This document shows, piece after piece, positions 10,592 through 18,319 of a DNA stretch of 64,000 nt (position 1 is the first letter of the stretch; every line of letters starts with the position of its first letter). This DNA comes from Clostridia bacterium (lineage in GTDB: Bacteria > Bacillota > Clostridia > Christensenellales > UBA1242), in the NCBI GenBank assembly GCA_017541375.1, contig JAFXZE010000006.1, forward strand, positions 166,125 through 230,124, in the 5' to 3' direction. Under the pieces are notes generated by a model. That model saw only the letters and a program-made list of their open reading frames with translations, was not told where the DNA came from and made no database searches. A program made the position numbers and the translations under genes.

Positions 10592-10794
10592 AAACAAACC
10601 CTGATATTCAGGATTTGTTTTATTTTTAATATTTGCCAAGTTTATATATAGTTCGAATAATACAGATAAGATTTTGACTACCAAAAAAGAAAAGCTGTTT
10701 TTAAAGTTTTGACTACACTAATTTGAGAGATTTACTAAATTTGACTTTTCATGTGATTTATGGTATGATGTAGGCTAGAGAAAGGGGAATAGGC

Positions 10795-11406
10795 ATGGGC
10801 ATTTTGGATGATTGGAAAGCATTAGATAAATTACAAAAGGATAGGGATAAAATTGTCTCTAGATATCAATCAAAAAAATTTAGAGCAAAGTCTATTGTTC
10901 CAACATTTGGTGGCTTAGCATGTATGGCTCTTTCAATTATTAGATATAATAATGTGAATTCAGAGCGAAGAGCTGCCATTAAACCTGAAGTAGATAAATT
11001 TGCGGCTGATGTTTCAAAAGAAATTGATATCGAATATGGTTACGATAAGGCGCTATACATTCCTGCAAGATTTTTGAAAATAGATAGTTCTAATGCTCAA
11101 GATTATTTGAGAGAAAAATATTTTTGGGCTGTTTATAACGGGAATACTGATCCTGACGTGATACGTTTTTGTGAAGCTTACGAAAATCACAAATTTGATT
11201 ACTTAAAAGAAACGATGGATGCTATGTATGACAGTGTATACTATCCTTTTTCGGATGCTGTGAAGGATGTATTGCCAGCGGTATTAGGCGCAACAGCAAT
11301 TATTGGGACATATTACGCTTATAGTGTTTTAAAGTATAGGCATCAGTTAGATAGCATGAATAAAGCTATATATAAGTTAGAGGATAAATTGTTTTGGGAC
11401 AAATAA
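10795..11406 (+). CDS. hypothetical two-TM protein, paralog B
   Basis: 203 aa. Own TTGACT-17-TATGAT promoter, SD AAGGGGA and terminator. Shares AAIKPEVDK.AA and the C-terminal YKLEDKLFWD[RK] with paralog A. Confidence 0.6.
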   Translation: MGILDDWKALDKLQKDRDKIVSRYQSKKFRAKSIVPTFGGLACMALSIIRYNNVNSERRAAIKPEVDKFAADVSKEIDIEYGYDKALYIPARFLKIDSSNAQDYLREKYFWAVYNGNTDPDVIRFCEAYENHKFDYLKETMDAMYDSVYYPFSDAVKDVLPAVLGATAIIGTYYAYSVLKYRHQLDSMNKAIYKLEDKLFWDK

Positions 11407-11440
11407 AAAAACAAACCATTTTATGAGGTTTGTTTTTATT

Positions 11441-12301
11441 TTAATATTTACTGTGGAAAGTGATTCCTACACACTTGCAGCCTACGACGATAGCGTTATT
11501 TAGTGACATTTTAACAAGCCGAATTTCATTTGGACCGACAATTTTTCTAAACCTTTCGTATAGGGCAGTAGCTTCTTTTTCTGCGTTAAAATGAACTATA
11601 CTAAATGTGTAATCAGCGATATTTAGCCCATTTAACTTGGTATTACTGTATAGTTTAGCTACAGCGTTTTTGAATGTTTTGTCTTTGTCAAGTACTTTAA
11701 ATTTACAATTTGTGTCAGCGCAAATAATTGGTTTTAAATTTAATGATGCGCCAGCAAAATTTTTCATAGCAGTTCCCATAATAGGGCTATTTTTTAGTGT
11801 GGTAGCGTTATCAACTGCAAGTAGGCTAACATATTTTTCTATCATAGAATTAGCAAATTGGAGAGCTATATCTAGGTCATTTTCTTTGATATAAATGCGA
11901 TGCGTATTGGCGGCAATTTCGCTTATTCCGCGAGAAATGGTATGGGTGTCGAGTAAAATTACTTTTTGTGCTGGGTGTTCTTCTTGAAGTGTGGAAAATA
12001 CTTTTTTTATGCTTTCAGCACCATCATGCCATAACCTAAATGCTGGAGCAAAATAAACAATGTCACTACCATCTGAAAGTTGTTCTTCAAAAAATTTTTT
12101 CCATTCTTTGTCAGTTAGAAATTCTAGTGTATAGGCAGATGACTTTACATTTTGCACAATCTCGTCATAGTTGTTGCCATAACCATCAAAGTTGAGAGCT
12201 TTTCCCTTGAGCTTTATTTTACTGGGGGCAAGAAATAGTCCATTTTGCCTCAATTCTGGATCAAACATATCTGCATACGCATCTACATAAAATTTTATCA
12301 T
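11441..12301 (-). CDS. DegV-family (fatty-acid-binding) protein, divergent
   Basis: Start moved to the ATG at 12301 (MIKFYVDAY..) behind SD GAAGGTGA. Overall DegV-like pattern (..LLDTHTISRGISEI.., ..LKPII..). Confidence 0.5.
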   Translation of the reverse strand: MIKFYVDAYADMFDPELRQNGLFLAPSKIKLKGKALNFDGYGNNYDEIVQNVKSSAYTLEFLTDKEWKKFFEEQLSDGSDIVYFAPAFRLWHDGAESIKKVFSTLQEEHPAQKVILLDTHTISRGISEIAANTHRIYIKENDLDIALQFANSMIEKYVSLLAVDNATTLKNSPIMGTAMKNFAGASLNLKPIICADTNCKFKVLDKDKTFKNAVAKLYSNTKLNGLNIADYTFSIVHFNAEKEATALYERFRKIVGPNEIRLVKMSLNNAIVVGCKCVGITFHSKY

Positions 12302-12366
12302 TTTTTCACCTTCATCATTTTTTACAATTTTGATTATAACACTTTTAAAAATAATTGGCAAACATT

Positions 12367-12936
12367 TTATCCAAAAAATTTTCTGTAAATTTTTTCATCA
12401 TGCAGAACCTTATCCGCATAGTAATTTGTAGCGGGGAATGGTGTAGAAATAAGTGTTTTTTGGTCTAGAGAATATCTACTATCCTTTAGCCATCGAGCCA
12501 CATTTCCTTCACCTGCGTTATAGGCGCACAGCATTGTCTTGGTATCAGGGAATTTTTCTAAAAGATATCTTATATATGCCGTACCCAATGAGATATTGCT
12601 TTCAGGATAGATGAGTGAAGTATAATCTATATTACACTTTTGAGCAATAAATTTTGCTGTACTAGGCATAAGTTGCATTAGTCCCATGGCTCCTACGCTT
12701 GAAATTGCTTCCTTTTTAAAATGACTTTCTGCATTAATTACGCTCGCAATTAAACTAGGTGATACGTCGTTTTGAGCAGCAGTTTTAGTAATGATATTTT
12801 TATAATTAAATGGGTAACTTATCAAAAAATAAAATATTAGTCCAATTGTTAATATCGTTATAATAGTTGCATAAATACTTAAATAAAAAAAAGCCCTCAT
12901 ATAATGAGTATATGCGACTTGTGTAATTATATACAA
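12367..12936 (-). CDS. membrane-anchored lytic transglycosylase (SLT domain)
   Basis: SLT catalytic region AESHFKKEAISSVGAMGLMQLMPSTA with an N-terminal TM anchor. Start is uncertain: TTG at 12936 or ATG at 12900, neither with a clear SD. Confidence 0.75.
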   Translation of the reverse strand: MYIITQVAYTHYMRAFFYLSIYATIITILTIGLIFYFLISYPFNYKNIITKTAAQNDVSPSLIASVINAESHFKKEAISSVGAMGLMQLMPSTAKFIAQKCNIDYTSLIYPESNISLGTAYIRYLLEKFPDTKTMLCAYNAGEGNVARWLKDSRYSLDQKTLISTPFPATNYYADKVLHDEKIYRKFFG

Positions 12937-13036
12937 ATAAATAATGCTTTCTATTTTTTATTATAGTAAAAGCTAATAAATACCGAATAAAAAGAAACCT
13001 TTAGCAAATGCCAAAGGTCAATATGTATTGAGTTTG

Positions 13037-13122
13037 TGGTGCGATCGAGAGGACTTGAACCTCCACGGTATAGTACCATAAGATCCTTAGTCTTACGCGT
13101 CTGCCAGTTCCGCCACGACCGC
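13037..13122 (-). tRNA. tRNA-Leu, anticodon read as AAG
   Basis: Manual cloverleaf. Acceptor GCGGTCG/CGATCGC, D arm GCGGAACTGGCAGACGC, anticodon stem TAAGA/TCTTA with loop CTAAGGA, long variable arm, T arm GGAGG-TTCAAGT-CCTCT, encoded CCA. Confidence 0.8.
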
Positions 13123-13287
13123 ATATTGTCTAGTTAAGACGAGATTTATTATAGCACAAAGTTTCAAAAAAATAAAGTGTTTTGGCTGAAATTTTTTAAA
13201 AATATTAAAAATTAAATTTTTTAGTAAATTCGTCTTGACAAAAGAATAAAGTTTGTGTTATAGTAGCAAAAAAGTGAGGAGGAAAAA

Positions 13288-13461
13288 ATGGTTGACGATA
13301 AGATATGTATCGGATGTGGTACTTGTATAAATATGTGTCCAGTGGGCGCAATTAGCTTTGATAAAAATGGGAAGGCGAAGATAGATCCTAAAGTTTGCAT
13401 AAAGTGCAAAACTTGTCAAGGGGTTTGTCCCGTTTCTGCTATTACAATAAAAGAGGACTAA
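13288..13461 (+). CDS. 2x[4Fe-4S] ferredoxin (57 aa, absent from the ORF track)
   Basis: MVDDKICIGCGTCINMCPVGAISFDKNGKAKIDPKVCIKCKTCQGVCPVSAITIKED carries two CxxCxxCxxxCP motifs. SD GAGGAGG lies 6 nt upstream, with a TTGACA promoter at 13235. Confidence 0.85.
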   Translation: MVDDKICIGCGTCINMCPVGAISFDKNGKAKIDPKVCIKCKTCQGVCPVSAITIKED

Positions 13462-13464
13462 ATT

Positions 13465-15033
13465 TTGTTGAACATAAAAGAGAGAATGGTGTTTTCGCCA
13501 GATAGAGAAAAAATTGCGCTTTTTGAATTAACTCCAAGATATGCAAAACTGATCTTAGCGTGGTATCAGCAGGACAGTGCATTTGAGATATTTGAGGAGT
13601 TTGAAGAACCAATAGAAGTGTGGGAAGATGTGCAGAAAAACTGTGTAATTCGTCCTACAAATTTAGCTGAAGTGGTAGCAATTTCAAAAATGTTTCGCAA
13701 ACTTTGCGATTCATTTAAGGTAACAAAGGCTACGGCATACGCATCAGCATCGTTTAGAGCCGCTAAGAATCACTATGGCTTTTTAGAAGAAATTGAGATA
13801 GCTTCAGGATTTAAAATTCGATTAATGCAGGAGCAGGATGAGATTAGTTCATTCTATAATGGCACGGTAAATACTGTAGATGCTCCCAAAGGTGTGGCTA
13901 TCAATATTTGTGATGATTATACTCAAATTATTCATTACACAAGGAAAAATATTATCAATAGCTGCACTCTTCCATTTGGCTCAGAAACTATTGCCAAGGA
14001 CTATATGTTAGATGATAAGTTTACTCCACAGGAGCGAATGAATAATGCCCTTATGTTTATAAAGTCTCAGCTTTATGAAAACATAAATTGGATAGGCGAT
14101 ATAAATAAAGAAGAATTTAAATTCGTTGGTGCTGGAGAGGCTTTTTTGAGCATTGGTAAAATTAGTAGAAAAGGGAAAAAATATCCACTTGATATGCCTC
14201 ATGGCTATGTGATGAACGACACTGATCTTGAGAATGTCGCATCAGCTATTTCGGGACTTGATTTTTCTAAAAATGCTCGTCTTAGAGGAATATCAAATAA
14301 AACTGTTAGTTATGTAGCGGGTGGAATTGCGATTGCACAGGCGTTCTTCGCGGTGTTTGGTGTAAATCAAATTATTGAGTCAACATCGGGCGTTTGTACA
14401 GGAGTTTTGTTTCATCAATGCATTCCATCTACTATGGAAAAGCCCATTATAGATTTGCTGATGTACAGCCTAAATTGCAATATGAATTTTTACCCTGTAA
14501 GAGCGCAAAATATGACCAATATTTATTTGCTTACTACTATGCTTTTTAGGCAGCTGATGGTGCTGCATAAATTGGGTAGGCAATATATTAGAGCATTGAA
14601 AATCGCCTGTTTTATGTATGATTGTGGTACACGAATTAGATATAATCCTACTAAAAAAGATGCATTACAGGTGATACTCAATACGAGATTGTTTGGTGTG
14701 TCTCATTGGGATATGGTTATGGGTGCATTTATCGCAGCAAGTCAATATAGTGAAGAATTTAGTCTTAGCGAGTGGGTAAGATTTAAAGACATTGTGTCTC
14801 AAGAAGATCTTGAAGCTGTGAAAAAGCTAGCAGTATTTTTGCGCATAGCTGTTGCGCTAGATCGCACTGAGTCTGGAGTAATTACAGATGTGGTTTGTGA
14901 TGTGTTGGGAGACTCGGTGATTATGAAAACCGTTACACAAAACGGAGAAGATGTAAGTTTTGAGATAAGTTGCGCTAAAGATGCGGATGTAGATTTTAAA
15001 AAAGTATTTTCTAAAAATCTTGAAATTTTATAA
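13465..15033 (+). CDS. Ppx/GppA-family phosphatase-like protein with degenerate ASKHA motifs
   Basis: TTG start 7 nt after SD AAGAGGA and 3 nt after the ferredoxin stop. Region ATAYASASFRAAKN..FLEEIE..GF.I.L....DE resembles Ppx/GppA. The C-terminal half is helical and HD-like. Confidence 0.45.
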   Translation: MLNIKERMVFSPDREKIALFELTPRYAKLILAWYQQDSAFEIFEEFEEPIEVWEDVQKNCVIRPTNLAEVVAISKMFRKLCDSFKVTKATAYASASFRAAKNHYGFLEEIEIASGFKIRLMQEQDEISSFYNGTVNTVDAPKGVAINICDDYTQIIHYTRKNIINSCTLPFGSETIAKDYMLDDKFTPQERMNNALMFIKSQLYENINWIGDINKEEFKFVGAGEAFLSIGKISRKGKKYPLDMPHGYVMNDTDLENVASAISGLDFSKNARLRGISNKTVSYVAGGIAIAQAFFAVFGVNQIIESTSGVCTGVLFHQCIPSTMEKPIIDLLMYSLNCNMNFYPVRAQNMTNIYLLTTMLFRQLMVLHKLGRQYIRALKIACFMYDCGTRIRYNPTKKDALQVILNTRLFGVSHWDMVMGAFIAASQYSEEFSLSEWVRFKDIVSQEDLEAVKKLAVFLRIAVALDRTESGVITDVVCDVLGDSVIMKTVTQNGEDVSFEISCAKDADVDFKKVFSKNLEIL

Positions 15034-15216
15034 AATATAATTTTATTAAGATCGAGCGATTGGGCTAGCGCTATGCTTGTAGCACTGAAAATTTTACTGA
15101 TAAAGGCTTAGGAGCCTTTTTCTATTTGTTATTACAAAAAATATTATTGATGTTGTTTTTTGTTTGCGTATTTTGTATTTTTATGATAGAATAAAACAAA
15201 AGGGTGGAATAAGTCT

Positions 15217-16194
15217 TTGATAAAATTATTTATTAATTTAGATTCTTATCAGACAGTTATAGCTAGAGACAACTTGGGGATAGTGTTGGATGAACCTACC
15301 AAAATCTTGGTAGAAAAAATAGGGAATGAAACAAATGTAAAACCGATTGCTTTTGGACAACGAGCAATCAAACGAAACAACGAACAATACACAATTAGCC
15401 CAATTCTCGAAGGGGAAATTGTAGATGTAGAAAACTGCGGTTTGATGATGAAAAATTACATTGAAAGAGTAGTTGAAAGCGAAAATCAAAAAATTGTAGC
15501 TTATCTAAATGTGCCATGTGGTCTTACGCTTAGTAGTAATCAATCTTGGCAAGAAGTACTTTATAGAGCTGGTGTAAGTACATTGATAAAAGTTCCCGCA
15601 CCAATTGCTGATATGTTGGATGCTGGTGTAGATTTAAGTGATGGCAAATACTATATAATTATTGATATTGGAGCAGGGAGCACTGATGTAGCTATTGTAT
15701 CTAGTCTTGGTATAATTAAGGGGATGACTATAAATATAGGTGCTTTCAATATGGATATGGCTGTGGTGTCGCAAATCCAATCAAAGCACGCAACAAGGGT
15801 AAGTATAGACAATGCAAGAGAACTCAAAAATCAGATTGGTACGCTTCTTCCAAATATGAGTAAAAATCTAAATATCTCAGGAATTGATTCTCGTACAGGA
15901 GAGGAAAAGACTGCTAAAGTGACTTGCTTTGATATTTTAGAAGCGCTGCAAGAGTTTTATCAATTGATTATGGATACAGTTCCACTCTTGTGCAAGAATA
16001 TTCCAGATGAAATAATGCAAAGTGTAAATAATAATTCCGTAATCATTTGTGGAGTTGGAGCTCTTATTGAGGGGCTTTATGTATATGCTTCAGAAAGATT
16101 AAAAATGGATGTGATAGTTACAAAATCAACTGAAAATATACGAGGGCTAATTACTTTATCAAACAATAAGGTACTTAGTAAAAAAATGTTGTAA
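15217..16194 (+). CDS. MreB/Mbl-like actin homologue, divergent
   Basis: TTG start after SD AAGGGTGG. IIDIGAGSTDVAIVSSLGII matches the MreB phosphate-2 motif and PILEGEIVD matches P.KDGVIAD. The phosphate-1 and adenosine motifs are altered. Confidence 0.7.
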   Translation: MIKLFINLDSYQTVIARDNLGIVLDEPTKILVEKIGNETNVKPIAFGQRAIKRNNEQYTISPILEGEIVDVENCGLMMKNYIERVVESENQKIVAYLNVPCGLTLSSNQSWQEVLYRAGVSTLIKVPAPIADMLDAGVDLSDGKYYIIIDIGAGSTDVAIVSSLGIIKGMTINIGAFNMDMAVVSQIQSKHATRVSIDNARELKNQIGTLLPNMSKNLNISGIDSRTGEEKTAKVTCFDILEALQEFYQLIMDTVPLLCKNIPDEIMQSVNNNSVIICGVGALIEGLYVYASERLKMDVIVTKSTENIRGLITLSNNKVLSKKML

Positions 16195-16210
16195 AAAAAC
16201 TTATTTTAGA

Positions 16211-16246
16211 ATAAAACGTGTTTTGTTGGAACGTTTTATTTTTTTA
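16211..16246 (+). terminator. Rho-independent terminator after the mreB-like gene
   Basis: 9-bp stem ATAAAACGT/ACGTTTTAT, 11-nt loop, T-run. Confidence 0.6.
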
Positions 16247-16285
16247 TTTTTGATTAGTGATATTATTGTATACCGGAGGATAAAA

Positions 16286-16933
16286 ATGGCTAGGCGAATA
16301 ATTTTTATTGGTGAAGATGCTAAGGTAGGATGTTCCTCTATGTGCACAATGCTGGCTTGTGGATTGGTGGAGTGTGGCAAAAAAGTTGTGGTGATCGATT
16401 TGTGCGTGGGGGACAATCTTACTAGCCTTTGGGGACTTGAAAATGTTGTTAAGTATGATATTTTCGATGTGTTGTGCAATAAATGCCGAATAAATCAAGC
16501 ACTTTTGTCTGTGAATATGCCGCTTTTATTTTGTTTGCCAAGTGCGGAGAATACAAAAACAATTGGGGATTATTCAAAGTTTTTTGAAATTGTAGAAGAG
16601 CTTTCTTCTTGTTTCGATTTTATTTTATTAGATTGTCCGACTTACTTTTTTCCACAGTTTTATGTAGAGGCTGAAGTGATTTTGGTGTCAGTTTTGGAAA
16701 ATTTGGTTTCATTAGAAAAGTTAATAAGTGTGTTAGTTGGTAATAAAAACACGACTGTTAGAATACTTTTAAATAAATGTAAGTGGCTAACTAATAAAAA
16801 TATAAAGGGAATAGATTGTTTTTTTCGAGTGCCTAAAATAAGGAATTTTTTTCAATTGATAAGTAAATCTTTGAATGGTGAAATCTCTCCTTTGATAAAA
16901 AAATTAACTAGTGCTTTTTTAGGGGGAAAATAG
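16286..16933 (+). CDS. minD: MinD homologue with a destroyed Walker A
   Basis: Start moved to ATG 16286 behind SD GGAGGA. GLENVVKYDIFDVLCNKCRINQALL and FDFILLDCP align with B. subtilis MinD. The P-loop position reads GEDAKVGCSS. Confidence 0.7.
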   Translation: MARRIIFIGEDAKVGCSSMCTMLACGLVECGKKVVVIDLCVGDNLTSLWGLENVVKYDIFDVLCNKCRINQALLSVNMPLLFCLPSAENTKTIGDYSKFFEIVEELSSCFDFILLDCPTYFFPQFYVEAEVILVSVLENLVSLEKLISVLVGNKNTTVRILLNKCKWLTNKNIKGIDCFFRVPKIRNFFQLISKSLNGEISPLIKKLTSAFLGGK

Positions 16934-17166
16934 TGAATAGACCTAAATTTAAAAATGATTTGTATCAGCCATTTGTAAATTCTCGTCATATAAATATGGA
17001 AAGAATTAATAAAATTATTACGCAAGATGTGTTTGATGTATTGCATTCTTACCTTGATATTGAAAATAATGATATTGTATTAAAACTAGAACCAGATTCA
17101 TCCGGAAACTATATTTTGCGTTGTAAAGTTAAGGTAAAAAGACTAAAAATTGTGGGGTTTTTGTAA
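16933..17166 (+). CDS. minE: MinE-like topological specificity factor
   Basis: GTG start 5 nt after SD AGGGGGA, overlapping the minD stop (TAGTG). ITQDVFDVLHSYLDIENNDIVLKLEPDSSGNYILRCKVKV parallels the E. coli MinE segment [40 protein letters not shown]. Confidence 0.5.
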   Translation: MNRPKFKNDLYQPFVNSRHINMERINKIITQDVFDVLHSYLDIENNDIVLKLEPDSSGNYILRCKVKVKRLKIVGFL

Positions 17167-17297
17167 TGAAAGTGTGGGTAATTCCTTTGTTGACAATTTG
17201 CTGTACTGTTCTATTGTTAGTCTTTATTGATTTAGTTGGATGGGTTCATCCAGTAAAGGAAAGCATTCGAGAAATTGGTGAACTAGTCTATGTGTAG
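17166..17297 (+). CDS. 43-aa single-TM peptide (absent from the ORF track)
   Basis: MKVWVIPLLTICCTVLLLVFIDLVGWVHPVKESIREIGELVYV. Its ATG overlaps the minE stop (TAATG), and its stop abuts the next gene. Confidence 0.45.
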   Translation: MKVWVIPLLTICCTVLLLVFIDLVGWVHPVKESIREIGELVYV

Positions 17298-18149
17298 GTG
17301 AAAATGAAAGTAAAGCTGTCGATTCATCCTGTTTTTATAATTTTTGCAGTTATTTTGGGATATCTGGGCTATTTTTCTCTATTGTTTTTTTATGTCTTGA
17401 CTTTAGTGCTGCATGAATGTGCTCATGCATTTGTGGCACAAAAATTAGGTTATAAACTCAATCATATCACTCTCATGCCTTATGGCGCGGCTGTTTCTGG
17501 GCAAGATTGCTTTTTTTCAAAAACTGATGAAATAAAAGTTGCACTTGCTGGGCCGATATTAAATTTGTTTATTTCTGTTTTTGGGTGTGCGTTATGGTGG
17601 ATTGAGCCAGTAACTTATGCTTATACTAGTGAATTTGTCTATTCTAACTGGGTAGTTGGGATTGTTAATTTACTGCCTATTTTCCCGCTTGATGGCGGAC
17701 GAATTTTACACGCAATATTGTGTAAAAAATATTCGTCTAAGCAGGCTATTGATACGGTAAGGAAAGTTGGGATAATATTATCGAGTTTGTTAATTGTTGG
17801 TTTTTTAATTACGACTATATATGTGCCTAACTACACAATGTTGGTTTTTGGTGGTTTTGTATTTATTTCATCTGTTGTGCAGGATAAGGCTTCGTACTAT
17901 TCTTCTATAGATTTTTTGGAAAATAAGCAAATTAAATTGCGCTCAGGAATTAAGATAAAAGAAATTGCGGTGACAAAAGATATGCCCTTATATCGGTTGT
18001 TTTCATATCTTTCTCGAGATGAACTCACAAATTTTTGTGTACTGTCTGCAGATTTTAGTGTGATAGCTAATATCAGTGAAATACAACTAAAAGACTGGCT
18101 CAGAGTGTATCCAGCAAATACTACGTTAGATAGTATAATTACTAAATAA
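17298..18149 (+). CDS. M50 site-2 metalloprotease, SpoIVFB-like
   Basis: HExxH as LHECAHAF, NLLPIFPLDGGR motif, 6 TM helices and a C-terminal CBS-like region. Length is similar to SpoIVFB. Start is GTG 17298 or ATG 17304. Confidence 0.75.
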   Translation: MKMKVKLSIHPVFIIFAVILGYLGYFSLLFFYVLTLVLHECAHAFVAQKLGYKLNHITLMPYGAAVSGQDCFFSKTDEIKVALAGPILNLFISVFGCALWWIEPVTYAYTSEFVYSNWVVGIVNLLPIFPLDGGRILHAILCKKYSSKQAIDTVRKVGIILSSLLIVGFLITTIYVPNYTMLVFGGFVFISSVVQDKASYYSSIDFLENKQIKLRSGIKIKEIAVTKDMPLYRLFSYLSRDELTNFCVLSADFSVIANISEIQLKDWLRVYPANTTLDSIITK

Positions 18150-18319
18150 ATTTGATTTTCCTATTGCAATTTTTTCTATTGTGTGTTATACTCGCGTCAA
18201 GTTGGGATTGTACTAAACGATTTTGTTTAGCAAAATGGGAAGTAAGTTATTTGAATTTAGTTAATTTCTAGATTAAAAACAACTGTTATATGGACTTTTA
18301 CATTATGTAATTGGAGGGT

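Noticed and set aside
13221-13409. 62-aa minus-strand ORF from the track
   Set aside because: It is the antisense shadow of the plus-strand 2x[4Fe-4S] ferredoxin (13288-13461). The ferredoxin has a strong SD, a promoter and unmistakable CxxCxxCxxxCP motifs.
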